A DNA stretch of 64,000 nt, from NCBI GenBank assembly GCA_027448865.1, contig DAIDMR010000069.1, positions 23,931 to 87,930 on the forward strand, given 5' to 3'. This stretch comes from Vampirovibrio sp. GTDB taxonomy: Bacteria; Cyanobacteriota; Vampirovibrionia; Vampirovibrionales; Vampirovibrionaceae. Every line of letters starts with the position of its first letter. Positions within the stretch are counted from its first letter, which is position 1. The translations under genes and the position numbers were made by a program. The notes beneath the pieces are model-generated. The model saw only the letters and a program-made list of their open reading frames with translations, ran no database searches and was not told the DNA's origin. Shown here piece after piece: positions 39,836-50,008 of this stretch.

Positions 39836-40765
39836 TTAATCCTGCCGAAGTAATATCGCTTCCAACCGCTCCAGTTGTTGGGCATGTTTTGCAGGAGCCT
39901 GAGTTATCAAGCGCTGAATGTTTTTAAGTTTCCATTGAACAGCGGGTAAATCCTTCAGAGCAGGGACTGGAACCAGTTCCCAATCGGGATTACCTTGCTT
40001 GAAACTGATCAGGAATTGTCGTTCCACTTCGCTGAGCCAGGCGGAAACTTCTTGGAACAGCCTTTCTCGGGTTGATAGATAATCTTCATAACTGAAAGGA
40101 ACCATGGTCATACCAGCAAACTGAGCATGATAAGCGGCTTCCTGGTCTTGATGTCTGGGACTGAGTATTTCATTAATGGGTCTCGGTGAACTGATGAGGC
40201 ATGTAATAAACCCAAGCCGTAGCTCGTCAGACAGCCCTTCATTCTCCAACAGGTAATAGATGTCAAAAAGGTCACGGGGATGTTGTCGATCTAGGGCGGC
40301 ACAGATCTTGCCACCAAACAGCTCGGCATGAGAAACCACGCTAATTGCAGCAAACTTGCCAAACTCCTCTTGAACCTTTTCGCTCACCTGCATAAGCCGA
40401 GATGGCACGATCGCTCCACGAAGAGTGGTATTAACTTCGATTTTAATTTGAGCAGATGGACTCTGGCAGGATAACTTCGCGTGTTGACCATCACTCTGTT
40501 GAACTGGTGTAACACGGACAGCAGGCAGGGTGCTTTCAATTCGGTTCTTGATCCGGCCCAGCGATTCAGTAATTTCCTCAAGTGCCTGCTGCCGGTTGTG
40601 AAAAGGAAGATAGGTTAAATCGATATCGACCGATAACCGTGGTAAATCTCGCACAAATAGATTAATGGCAGTGCCCCCTTTCAGGGCAAAGCACGCTTCG
40701 GTTGCCACATGCGGAAGAACCTGAAGTAGCAGCTCGACTTGTGCTCGGTATACCGCTGAAATCAT
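39836..40765 (-). CDS. abiEii: AbiEii nucleotidyltransferase toxin (type IV TA)
   Basis: LKGGTAINLF, RLSVDIDL, KICAALDRQHPRDLFD. Confidence 0.92.
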   Translation of the reverse strand: MISAVYRAQVELLLQVLPHVATEACFALKGGTAINLFVRDLPRLSVDIDLTYLPFHNRQQALEEITESLGRIKNRIESTLPAVRVTPVQQSDGQHAKLSCQSPSAQIKIEVNTTLRGAIVPSRLMQVSEKVQEEFGKFAAISVVSHAELFGGKICAALDRQHPRDLFDIYYLLENEGLSDELRLGFITCLISSPRPINEILSPRHQDQEAAYHAQFAGMTMVPFSYEDYLSTRERLFQEVSAWLSEVERQFLISFKQGNPDWELVPVPALKDLPAVQWKLKNIQRLITQAPAKHAQQLERLEAILLRQD

Positions 40766-41529
40766 AGCTCGGCCAGCTCCTTCGGGATGGTGATTTGGAA
40801 TTCAGCGTCAAAAACCCCACCTTTCACCAAACTGCGTTTCCCCTTGCCCAGATCAAGCTGCCCGAGGTTGATAAATTGCAACCACTGATGTCCAGCTTTT
40901 TGGGCCATGTAAAGAAAGAGTCGTTTAACCTTGATGGACGTGCAGTACTCCAGCATGTCTTGCAGCAGTTTGGGGCGTAGATTAACCATCCCTTCCATTA
41001 AGTGATAACACTCGACCAGATCCAGGTCATCCGGGGTCAAAAACAGACACTCCAGGATGGCGCGTTCAGGGGCCGATATCCATATATGAAAGGTCTTGCT
41101 TTCATACCTAATCAGGCCGATGTCCGGCGGGAGAAACGACGTTCTGACTGATCGAATGGAAGCCTTCAGGTCTGCCTTTTTGAACCACTGGGGAATATTG
41201 ACGTTTGTGGGGAGGAATAGAAATATCTCCTCTGTACCAGTTCGCAGATAATGGGATAGCCCTTGCATGGATAGGGCTGTAAGAGCACCCGCATGGATGG
41301 ACAAGCACGCCTGTGCCTGGAGGGCATAGAGCGCTCCCTGCCAGTGAAGTTCATCTGCAGGACGCTTGAAGGCTCCGGGGCCGACCGTCTCCAGCCAGCC
41401 GCTCTTTCGATAACGTTTTTGCAAATCTCTGGAGATGCCTAATTCCTCTAGCCAAGAGGCTAGGCAGACTGTGCCTGGTTTATGCTCGTTCAGGAATTGG
41501 TTTAATTTCTGTGATTTTTGGGTACTCAT
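40762..41529 (-). CDS. abiEi: AbiEi antitoxin (type IV TA)
   Basis: SAPERAILE, LRPKLLQ, CTSIKVKRLF; coupled to abiEii. Confidence 0.9.
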   Translation of the reverse strand: MSTQKSQKLNQFLNEHKPGTVCLASWLEELGISRDLQKRYRKSGWLETVGPGAFKRPADELHWQGALYALQAQACLSIHAGALTALSMQGLSHYLRTGTEEIFLFLPTNVNIPQWFKKADLKASIRSVRTSFLPPDIGLIRYESKTFHIWISAPERAILECLFLTPDDLDLVECYHLMEGMVNLRPKLLQDMLEYCTSIKVKRLFLYMAQKAGHQWLQFINLGQLDLGKGKRSLVKGGVFDAEFQITIPKELAEL

Positions 41530-41622
41530 AGTACCAATATACTGGTTTTTATGAACCAACACAAGGCACTTCATGTGAACAGTTTATTATTGTTGAAATA
41601 CAGGTACTAATAGTACCAATAT
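41521..41622. promoter_or_regulatory. Two palindromic operators at the abiE promoter
   Basis: GGTACT-CAT-AGTACC-AATAT (41521) and GGTACT-AAT-AGTACC-AATAT (41603). Confidence 0.65.
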
Positions 41623-41870
41623 TAAAGAATATTCAAACCCAACTAAGAAAAGGCAGCCATTTTTATATCTATTCAGAAGAAAAATAGCTGCATAATCCCC
41701 TCACTTAGCCTTCTGCTCATGTGTTAAGCGGATTGTAAATGTCTGAAACATGGTGCTTGCATGATTTTCAGCTAAGCGGCTAGCATGAGCCCACGTTTTT
41801 AAAATAACTTTCGCAAGTGGTTTTACAGTCAAGCGCATTGGGTTTCGCGCTTATTTTGAGGCATGTCATT

Positions 41871-42833
41871 TTGGCACAAGTCATATCTTCTGTGAGGGAA
41901 GAGCAGCATCAACGCTATCAGGCGCGGTTGCGGCAAGATATTCCCAGCTTTATTCAAGACTATATGAGCGATCCGGCCATTATCGAAATCATGGCCAATC
42001 CGGATGGCAGCGTTTGGGTGGATGACTTGCGCTCAGGCCAAAGGTCGGTAGGAACCATTGAAGCCTTTCAGACAGAATCCATTCTGAATGTCATTGCTTC
42101 TTTAAGCGGCACCGCGATTACCCAAGAAAATCCCATTCTGGAATGCGAATTGCCTTACGATGGCTCACGCTTTGCCGGGATGATCCCGCCCGTGGTGGAA
42201 AGGCCTATTTTTAGCATCCGGCGCAAGGCTGTCCAGATTTTTACGTTGGATGACTATGTGGCGGCTGGAATTTTGAGTTCCTCTCAAAAAGCTGTCATTG
42301 ATGCATGGATCAAAGCCAGGAAAAATATTTTGATTGTGGGCGGAACCTCCAGCGGCAAAACCACACTCATCAATGCCGTCATTCAGGCGATAACCGAGCA
42401 CAGCCCCAAACATCGCCTCATTTTGCTGGAAGATACGGTTGAACTTCAATCGACGGCTTCTAATATCGTGGCGATGCGAAGCAGCCGGGATGTTTCTTTG
42501 CAAGCATTGGTTAAAGCAACCTTACGCCATCGACCGGATCGCATCATTGTGGGTGAAGTTCGGGGTAAAGAGGCTTTTGATCTGTTAACGGCCTGGTCAA
42601 CCGGCCATCCCGGTGGTGTCGCGTCTTTGCATGCCAATAGCGCGGAAGGTGCGTTTTTAAGGCTGGAACAGCTTCTGGAACTTGCCACTCAATCCCCCAT
42701 GAAAACGCTCATTGGGGAAGCGGTGGATGCCATTGTCTATATTGAAAAGACTGGGAGTGGGCGCAAAGTGAAAGAGTTATTGACTGTTCAAGGCTACCGG
42801 AATGGCCAGTATCAGACTCAAACGGTTGTTTAA
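41871..42833 (+). CDS. trbB: P-type conjugative transfer ATPase TrbB (VirB11)
   Basis: GGTSSGKTT, LEDTVE, RPDRIIVGEVRG, TGHPGG; ORF extends to 41817. Confidence 0.93.
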   Translation: MAQVISSVREEQHQRYQARLRQDIPSFIQDYMSDPAIIEIMANPDGSVWVDDLRSGQRSVGTIEAFQTESILNVIASLSGTAITQENPILECELPYDGSRFAGMIPPVVERPIFSIRRKAVQIFTLDDYVAAGILSSSQKAVIDAWIKARKNILIVGGTSSGKTTLINAVIQAITEHSPKHRLILLEDTVELQSTASNIVAMRSSRDVSLQALVKATLRHRPDRIIVGEVRGKEAFDLLTAWSTGHPGGVASLHANSAEGAFLRLEQLLELATQSPMKTLIGEAVDAIVYIEKTGSGRKVKELLTVQGYRNGQYQTQTVV

Positions 42834-42859
42834 GAAGTAATGAGAGAGAAGGGGAAACT

Positions 42860-43213
42860 ATGAAACATCATCAAACCCATAACCTGAACCGATGGACACC
42901 CGTCATCCTGGTTGGCAGCTTACTAGCTATTGCCGTCCTCTGCCCAGGTGTTGCTCATGCGGCCACTGCCGGTGGAACTGGCTTACCGTGGGAAACACCT
43001 ATTCAGCGCATTGTGGATAGTTTCTTGGGACCCATTGCCGTGGGTATGTGCCTGATTGGTTTTGTGGCAGGCGTATGGCGTTTTATGACCGGTGGTGAAA
43101 TGGATGGTTTTGTTCGCTCCATGGTGGTAATGGCCTTGTCCGGCTCCATCTTGATAGCCGCACGGCCTTTTATTAATAGCCTCTTTGGGGTGGGAGCCGT
43201 GTTAGGCCAATGA
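42860..43213 (+). CDS. trbC: Conjugative pilin TrbC (VirB2)
   Basis: AHA signal cleavage, GLPWETP, two hydrophobic helices. Confidence 0.88.
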   Translation: MKHHQTHNLNRWTPVILVGSLLAIAVLCPGVAHAATAGGTGLPWETPIQRIVDSFLGPIAVGMCLIGFVAGVWRFMTGGEMDGFVRSMVVMALSGSILIAARPFINSLFGVGAVLGQ

Positions 43214-43497
43214 GCAACCTTCGACGGATTCCATTTTCTCGAACCCTGCACAGACCCAATTTGCTATTGGGTGGAGAACGCCCATGGGTGATTTTACTGG
43301 GTGTGATTGCCGCAGGCCTGATTCTTTCTGATATAAGCGTGTTGAAAATTCTAGTGGGCTTGGGCATTTGGACTGTGGGCCTTGGCTTGTTACGGCAAAT
43401 GGCCAAGGTCGATCCGTATCTCAGTCAAGTGTATTTTCGGCGTTTGAAATACCGCCGCTATTATCCGGCCCAGTCCAGGGCTAGATTGACTCGATAG
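43210..43497 (+). CDS. trbD: TrbD (VirB3)
   Basis: RPNLLLGGER, MAKVDP, YYPA. Confidence 0.9.
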   Translation: MSNLRRIPFSRTLHRPNLLLGGERPWVILLGVIAAGLILSDISVLKILVGLGIWTVGLGLLRQMAKVDPYLSQVYFRRLKYRRYYPAQSRARLTR

Positions 43498-43532
43498 GAC
43501 GCCATAGAGGGCCAGAGGAAGAAGAGGGACGC

Positions 43533-46019
43533 ATGTTATCCACCAAAGCATTTCAAACGGACTCGCAGGGATTACCAACCCTGCTCAACTATGCCGCCAT
43601 GGTTAAAAGTGGTGTGATGCTGGGAAAAGATGGCTCCCTAACGGCAGCCTTTGAGTGTGAAGGATTGGATATCGCTAGTACCACGCCCGCTCAACGGAAT
43701 TACCAGGCTGAAACCTTAAATAACATTTTAACCCAGCACTTTGGCGGCGGTTGGGTCAGTCATCATGAACTCATCCGAAAACCGTCAGCGGCTTACCCGG
43801 ATGCGGCCTTATCTGCTTTCCCGGATCCCATCAGCCGAGGGATTGAGGCGGAAAACCGTGCCAATTTTCTCAAAGAGGGCAATCATTTTGAAAGCGCCAA
43901 TATTCTGGTGGTGCGCTATAAATCCCCGTCACTTCAAAGCCATCGTTTGAGAAACCTGTTCTATGAGTCACGAAAGCAGGAGCCGGTCAATTCTCTGGAA
44001 GCAGATCTGACCTATTTTGAGCGGCAACTGGAAAATCTGGAAGATGCGTTGTCCAGCACCTTGAAAGTACGGCGGATGCGAGGCTATTCGGTCACGGATT
44101 CATACGGACAGGTTCATCTGCGCGATGATTTGGTGAATTACCTGAATTTCACCATTACCGGTGAATATCACCCCGTCAACTTGCCAGCCTGTGGCATGTA
44201 TCTGGATGGGTATCTGGGCATGCAAGACCTGATTCCTGGTGATACCCCAAAAATCGGCGATTATTTCATCGGCTGTATCAGCCTGACTGGTATGCCAAAT
44301 GAATCCTATCCCAATATTCTGGAAGCATTGAATCACTTACCGCTCGCGTACCGCTGGGTTACCCGCATGATTTATGTGGATGCCCATGAAGCCATTACAC
44401 TGCTCAAAAAGGAGCACCGGGAATGGATTCAAAAGTCGCAAAGCCCCTTTCATCAGATTTTCAAAATGAAGGGCGGCTTGGTGAACCAAGATGCTCTCAA
44501 TATGACACTGGACACCCAAGCGGTTATGACTGAGGTGCATAGCGGGCAAATGGCGTTTGGGTACTGCTCACAAGTCGTGGTCTTAATGAATCCAGATCGA
44601 CAAGCATTACTGGATAATGCGCGGCTGGTCATCCGGGAGATCAAACGGTTGGGCTTTAATTGCAGGCTCGAAACCTTGAATGCCATGGAAGCTTGGCTCA
44701 GCACTTTGCCGGGGCATACCCTGCCCAATATCCGGCGTCCCTTGGTTCATTCCAATCACTTGGCGCATATGATTCCAATTACCAGCATTTGGTCAGGCCG
44801 GGCTTCTTGTCAAAATCCGCTGTTCCCTCCCAATCTGCCCCCTTTAATGCATACCGCTACCACGGGCTCAACGCCTTTTCGGTTAAATCTGCATGTGGGT
44901 GACGTGGGTCATACATTGATTATGGGGCCAACGGGAGCTGGAAAATCGGTATTGCTTTCTACTCTGGCGGCACAGTTTCGACGTTATTCCAATGCCACTA
45001 TAACCGCCTTCGATAAGGGCCGCTCCATGTGGGCCTTGGTGGAAGCCTGTGGCGGCCAGCATTATGACATTGGCGGTGACGACAATGCCAGCTTGTCATT
45101 TGCGCCTCTTGCCCTGATTGATACGGATGCCGATATGGCCTGGGCGGAGGATTGGATCGCCACGGTTTATGAAGCTCGAACGGGAAAAGCCACTACCCCG
45201 CGCCAGAGTCAGGAAATCCACCGGGCCATGGGCATACTGCGGGAAACCAAAAGTCAGCAAGAGCGCTCTTTGTCCGATTTTCTGCTGACGCTGCAACAAT
45301 GTGGGGCGGAGGATGACCTCAAGGCTGCCTTGTCGTTTTACGCACTCAGCGGTCCTTACGGGAGCTTATTGGATGCCAGAACCGATGGACTGAAAGCCAG
45401 TTCGTTTACGGTCTTTGAAATCGAAGAGTTAATGGCCATGAAAGAGCGCATTGCCATCCCGGTACTGTTGTATCTGTTCCGGCAATTTGAACGCAACTTG
45501 CAAGGTCAACCCGCCTTGTTACTGCTGGATGAGGCCTGGGTGATGCTGGGACATCCGGTCTTTCGAGGAAAAATTCGCCAATGGCTGAAGGAACTCAGAA
45601 AGAAGAATTGCGCGGTGGTCTTGGCGACTCAAAGCCTGTCGGATGCCGTGCACTCCCAGATTTATGATGTGTTACTGGAAAGCTGTCCGACAAAAATCCT
45701 GCTGCCCAATGAAGAGGCCGATAAGGAAGGTACCAGTGAACATCCGGGTCCACGTGATCTTTACGCCATGATGGGATTGAATGCCGCTGAGAGTCAGATC
45801 ATTAAAACAGCGACCAAGAAGCGGCAATATTATTACATGTCCCCGGAAGGGCGCAGGCTATTTGATTTGGGGTTGGGGCCACTGGCCTTATCCTTCGTGG
45901 CGGTTTCCGATAAGGAAACTCTGTCACATTTGAGCCAGCTCAAGGCAGAGTACGGGGCAACATGGCCATTTGTTTGGTTGAAAGAGAGAGGAGTGGAGTA
46001 TGACAAATTGGTGGGTTAA
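43533..46019 (+). CDS. trbE: TrbE (VirB4) ATPase
   Basis: DVGHTLIMGPTGAGKS, LDEAW, LRKKN, ATQS. Confidence 0.95.
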   Translation: MLSTKAFQTDSQGLPTLLNYAAMVKSGVMLGKDGSLTAAFECEGLDIASTTPAQRNYQAETLNNILTQHFGGGWVSHHELIRKPSAAYPDAALSAFPDPISRGIEAENRANFLKEGNHFESANILVVRYKSPSLQSHRLRNLFYESRKQEPVNSLEADLTYFERQLENLEDALSSTLKVRRMRGYSVTDSYGQVHLRDDLVNYLNFTITGEYHPVNLPACGMYLDGYLGMQDLIPGDTPKIGDYFIGCISLTGMPNESYPNILEALNHLPLAYRWVTRMIYVDAHEAITLLKKEHREWIQKSQSPFHQIFKMKGGLVNQDALNMTLDTQAVMTEVHSGQMAFGYCSQVVVLMNPDRQALLDNARLVIREIKRLGFNCRLETLNAMEAWLSTLPGHTLPNIRRPLVHSNHLAHMIPITSIWSGRASCQNPLFPPNLPPLMHTATTGSTPFRLNLHVGDVGHTLIMGPTGAGKSVLLSTLAAQFRRYSNATITAFDKGRSMWALVEACGGQHYDIGGDDNASLSFAPLALIDTDADMAWAEDWIATVYEARTGKATTPRQSQEIHRAMGILRETKSQQERSLSDFLLTLQQCGAEDDLKAALSFYALSGPYGSLLDARTDGLKASSFTVFEIEELMAMKERIAIPVLLYLFRQFERNLQGQPALLLLDEAWVMLGHPVFRGKIRQWLKELRKKNCAVVLATQSLSDAVHSQIYDVLLESCPTKILLPNEEADKEGTSEHPGPRDLYAMMGLNAAESQIIKTATKKRQYYYMSPEGRRLFDLGLGPLALSFVAVSDKETLSHLSQLKAEYGATWPFVWLKERGVEYDKLVG

Positions 46020-46752
46020 AGCAGGGCTCGGCATTGCCTTAAGCGTGGTATTGACCACACCTTACCTATTGCCAGCCAAGGCGCAAAATGCGGTCATCTG
46101 TAGCAATTGTGGGACCGAGTGGACGCAACTTATGAATAAAGCCATGATGGCCAAACAACTGGCGACACAAGCCCAGCAACTCAGCACCCAAATCAATCAA
46201 TATAAAGATATGCTGACCAATTCCAACGGGGTATCTACCCATGTTTGGGGACAGGCCATGCAGGATTTTGCAAAGCTCCAGAACTTAATGAGCCAAAGCC
46301 GATCAATGGCTTATTCCGCAAGCAATTTGGATGGGCAATTCTCTAGCCGGTACGAAACTTATGACTCATACCTAAACCGCACTATGGGTGCCAAAGATTG
46401 GCAGAACAAATATACGCAGTGGTCACAAGAAGGCTCGGACAATGCACGCTATGCATTAAAAGGCTTGGGACTACAAGCGTCTCAAATGCAAAATGAACAA
46501 GCCTTGATGCAACAACTGCAATCCATGGCAGGAACCGCACAAGGGCGAATGCAGGCACTGCAAGTGGCTAACATGATGGCTGCTCAAAATGTCGAGCAAG
46601 TTATGAAACTGCGCCAAATGATGATGCTGCAATTGCAAATGCAAGCCAATTACCTGGCCCAACAACAAGATCGAATGGCCGCTCAAGAAGCCGCTCATCA
46701 ACGGTTTATGAATGCGCCGAGAGTCCGTAATGATAATGGCAAGACCTATTGA
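46000..46752 (+). CDS. trbJ: TrbJ (VirB5-like)
   Basis: CSNCGTEWTQ, QINQY, GRMQALQ. Confidence 0.88.
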   Translation: MTNWWVKAGLGIALSVVLTTPYLLPAKAQNAVICSNCGTEWTQLMNKAMMAKQLATQAQQLSTQINQYKDMLTNSNGVSTHVWGQAMQDFAKLQNLMSQSRSMAYSASNLDGQFSSRYETYDSYLNRTMGAKDWQNKYTQWSQEGSDNARYALKGLGLQASQMQNEQALMQQLQSMAGTAQGRMQALQVANMMAAQNVEQVMKLRQMMMLQLQMQANYLAQQQDRMAAQEAAHQRFMNAPRVRNDNGKTY

Positions 46753-46763
46753 AAGGAACACTT

Positions 46764-46991
46764 ATGAATATCTTTAACCAAGTTTTCACTATGAAGCTAT
46801 GGATGCTTATGAGCTTAATAATAGGCACCGCCATAATATCTACTTGCCTTACAACTGTTTTGTCTAAACCTTCCCAATCTCAAGCACTGGTATGCCCTCC
46901 ATGCAAACCAGTCTCGGCTTCAGACCCAGTAAAACCAAGCCCAAATCGTAAATCGTACAGGGTACCCAATGATAACGGCAAGACTTATTAA
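46764..46991 (+). CDS. trbK: Probable entry-exclusion protein TrbK
   Basis: Small hydrophobic-leader ORF between trbJ and trbL; C-terminus NDNGKTY shared with TrbJ. Confidence 0.6.
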   Translation: MNIFNQVFTMKLWMLMSLIIGTAIISTCLTTVLSKPSQSQALVCPPCKPVSASDPVKPSPNRKSYRVPNDNGKTY

Positions 46992-47007
46992 CGGAGAAAT
47001 TACTTTA

Positions 47008-48252
47008 ATGCCCAAATCTTGGCTCTTTAGGCATCTTTTGTTTGCAATATTAGGTTTGGTGGTTTTGTTCTTAAACACGACTCATCCATCTTTTGCGCAA
47101 ACCATTAGTGATAACTTTTTGGAGCCAATTGTTGATCAGTATGCTAACCATACGTCTGCATGGGAAGGGCCACTGCAACGCTTTGCCATGAGCATATTTT
47201 GGCTGCTCGTGCTGATCGATGTGGTCTGGACTGGGGCAGAGCTGATTATCCACAAAAGTGATTTGGGGGAGTGGGCCATTACGGTTGCGAAGCAACTCCT
47301 AACCATTGGCTTTTTCTATGCCTTGCTGACTCATTCCTCAGAATGGGCCAATGCGTTGATTCAAAGCTTTCGACTAGCGGGGGATGCGGCCAGTTCGGCT
47401 GCCAGCGGCAGGACTGGCCTGCAACCCTCCGATATTTTTGATTCTGGGGTCAATATTGCGGTGACTTGCATTAAGTCCTTCAAAATAGAAAAGCCCATTG
47501 ACAGTTTGGCAATGGCTTTTGGGGCTATCATCATGCTGATTAGTTTTGCTCTAATCGCGGCATTACAGGTTGTGGCCTTGGTGGAGAGCTACATTTTCAC
47601 CTATGCAGGCATTCTATTCCTGGGTTTTGGGGGAAGTCGTTTTACGCGCGATTTTGCCCAACGCTATCTGGTGGGCATTATAGCCGTTGGGGCAAAACTT
47701 TTTGTAATCCAGCTCATTATTGGATTGGCTGTGGTGCTGGTTAAACAGTGGGATGCCGATATTGATGCTAATCAGGCTATTCTCGATATTGGCCTGGTAC
47801 TCCGCATTGCGGGTGGATCTATCGTTTTCCTGGCATTGGCCAAGATGATTCCATCGATGGTGCAGGGCATGATCAATGGCGCGTCCTATAGTTCTGCTAC
47901 CACCATGATCAACACCACCATGGCCGGAGCCAATGTTGGGGCAGCAGCCGCCAACGGGGTAGGGGCTATTGCCACTGCCGGGCTGGGTGGGCTGTCCAGC
48001 CTGGTTGGACAGCAAGGTTGGGCGGATGGACTTTATAGCGCCTCCGGTGAAATGGCCAACCGGGCCAATCATCATGCGGGAGATGCTTTTAGCCATTCTT
48101 TTGATGCCAGTGCTGGGAGTATGGGCCAATACATGCCAGGCGCTTTTACTCCCGGTAAGTTCGATGAGATGAAGCCTGCGTTTCGAGGGGATGAGTTCGG
48201 TGAGGATGTGGGAAGTGGTGCTCAGGAAGAGCGCAATACCATTGGGGTTTAA
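47008..48252 (+). CDS. trbL: TrbL (VirB6)
   Basis: Polytopic membrane protein; LGFGGSRFTRDFA; Gly/Ala-rich tail. Confidence 0.9.
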   Translation: MPKSWLFRHLLFAILGLVVLFLNTTHPSFAQTISDNFLEPIVDQYANHTSAWEGPLQRFAMSIFWLLVLIDVVWTGAELIIHKSDLGEWAITVAKQLLTIGFFYALLTHSSEWANALIQSFRLAGDAASSAASGRTGLQPSDIFDSGVNIAVTCIKSFKIEKPIDSLAMAFGAIIMLISFALIAALQVVALVESYIFTYAGILFLGFGGSRFTRDFAQRYLVGIIAVGAKLFVIQLIIGLAVVLVKQWDADIDANQAILDIGLVLRIAGGSIVFLALAKMIPSMVQGMINGASYSSATTMINTTMAGANVGAAAANGVGAIATAGLGGLSSLVGQQGWADGLYSASGEMANRANHHAGDAFSHSFDASAGSMGQYMPGAFTPGKFDEMKPAFRGDEFGEDVGSGAQEERNTIGV

Positions 48253-48287
48253 ACACAAGAAACAGAAACGATGAAAGAAGAGATTGC

Positions 48288-49019
48288 ATGAACAAACAAA
48301 GAGACTACTCGGCCTCATCAAATTTCGTTGTGCCTTTTTTCAGAGAGGAGCGACGAACCACCGACTCTGAAGCTGTAATGGCGATGCACCATTTAGCCCA
48401 GAAACGCTGGAATGAAGAGTTTGGCGGCTTTATTCATGAAAAGAAAGTTTGGCAACGGGTCGCGCTTATTAGTTTGACTGTAAACCTTCTAGCCATCGCT
48501 GGCATTGCCTATATTGGTGCTCAAAACAAGATGGTGCCCTATGTGGTGGAAGTCGACAAATTGGGAGCGGCGGTTGCCGTGCAACGGGCTGATACACCCA
48601 TGGTCCCAAACACATCCGCCATTAAAGCCCATCTGGCTCGGTGGATTCAAAATACCCGCAGTATTTACCTGGATGTAGCGGCTGAAAAGCAGGCATTAAA
48701 AGAAGCCTATGCGTCGATCAACAACCATGGCCCAGCTTTGGCCACGTTGAACGACTATTTTCAAACTCATGAGCCATTTAAACAGGCAGAAAATGAATCC
48801 GTCAGTGTGCAAGTGGAATCCGTTCAGCCAATTAGTGAAAAAACCTGGCGCATTGAATGGCATGAAGATCATCGAGCTAGAGACGGTCGCGTCATTAACA
48901 GCATGCAACAGCAAGCCACTGTTTCGATTGTGATCAGCCCGCCATCGGATGAAGCCACCATTTTAATGAACCCGCTGGGAATCTATATCGATTCCTTCAG
49001 TTGGTCGCAACGATTGTAG
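48288..49019 (+). CDS. trbF: TrbF (VirB8)
   Basis: VPYVVEVDKLG, TWRIEW, NPLGIYI. Confidence 0.92.
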   Translation: MNKQRDYSASSNFVVPFFREERRTTDSEAVMAMHHLAQKRWNEEFGGFIHEKKVWQRVALISLTVNLLAIAGIAYIGAQNKMVPYVVEVDKLGAAVAVQRADTPMVPNTSAIKAHLARWIQNTRSIYLDVAAEKQALKEAYASINNHGPALATLNDYFQTHEPFKQAENESVSVQVESVQPISEKTWRIEWHEDHRARDGRVINSMQQQATVSIVISPPSDEATILMNPLGIYIDSFSWSQRL

Positions 49020-49033
49020 AGGGAGAGTCATTG

Positions 49034-50002
49034 ATGAAGCGTTATACATTCGGGATCCTTTTGGGTGTCACCCTATTGAGTGCCAGTCTGACAGTGGCTT
49101 TGGCTCAAGATCTTTCCGGCATTGAGAATATCAGCGTGCATTACATGCCGGGTAGCTATCAACCCATCCCGGTCAACAAAACCTATTTCAACTATCAGCC
49201 AAAAACACAGGCTCAGCCAGTAAAGGTTGTACCCTTAGAGTCCAAGATGAAACCAGCCAGTGAAACGCCTTTAGTCGAGAAGAGACAACAGCAAACAGAT
49301 TCACCAATTCTCAGTCCAAATGGAAGTCTCATTTTTCCCTTCGGAGCCAATCTACCCAATGTCATTTGTGCCCCTTTGCACGTTTGTGAAGTCAGCCTGC
49401 AACCGGGGGAAACCATTCAGCAAATCGATGTGGGCGATACACTCCGTTGGCAAGTGAAACTGGCCCGAAGTGTTCGAGATGGGGTGGAAACTTCTCACTT
49501 GATCATTAAACCGACTGAAGTGGGCATTGTGAGTAATTTGGTAGCCATTACAGACAGGCGCACCTATACCATTCAGTTGGTTAGCCGAAAAGAGCGGATG
49601 TGGATGCCCAAAGTGGCTTTTTCGTACCCGGATGATATGCAGGCCAACTGGAATGCTTATTTTGCCCAATCGAAGCACAACTCAGCGGTTACTTTGGCAA
49701 GCAACGGCCTATCCACTTCGCCGCTTGATTTTAAATACCAACTTAAAGGCGATAAACCGGTTTGGCGGCCTATGCGGGTTTATACCGATCACGTCAAAAC
49801 TTACATTGACTTGCCACCGGCTGCAAAAAACGAGGAGATTCCCGCCTTGGTGTTGCTTGGCCCAGGCTCGACTGAACAACTGGTCAACTACCGCTTGGAT
49901 GGCAATCGGTTCATCGTGGATAAAGTGATCCACCGGGCCTCTTTGATTAGCGGGGTCGGACGCAATCAGGAACGGGTCGATATCGTGAGAGAGGGGAGCT
50001 AA
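49034..50002 (+). CDS. trbG: TrbG (VirB9)
   Basis: CAPLHVC, LQPGE, GDTLRW, TDRRTY, LVNYR. Confidence 0.92.
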   Translation: MKRYTFGILLGVTLLSASLTVALAQDLSGIENISVHYMPGSYQPIPVNKTYFNYQPKTQAQPVKVVPLESKMKPASETPLVEKRQQQTDSPILSPNGSLIFPFGANLPNVICAPLHVCEVSLQPGETIQQIDVGDTLRWQVKLARSVRDGVETSHLIIKPTEVGIVSNLVAITDRRTYTIQLVSRKERMWMPKVAFSYPDDMQANWNAYFAQSKHNSAVTLASNGLSTSPLDFKYQLKGDKPVWRPMRVYTDHVKTYIDLPPAAKNEEIPALVLLGPGSTEQLVNYRLDGNRFIVDKVIHRASLISGVGRNQERVDIVREGS

Positions 50003-50008
50003 CGGATC

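Noticed and set aside
41772..41784. KorB operator upstream of trbB
   Set aside because: CTAAGCGGCTAGC matches only the core of TTTAGCSGCTAAA, and no korB is in the window
47614..48321. 235-aa minus-strand ORF
   Set aside because: Antisense to trbL
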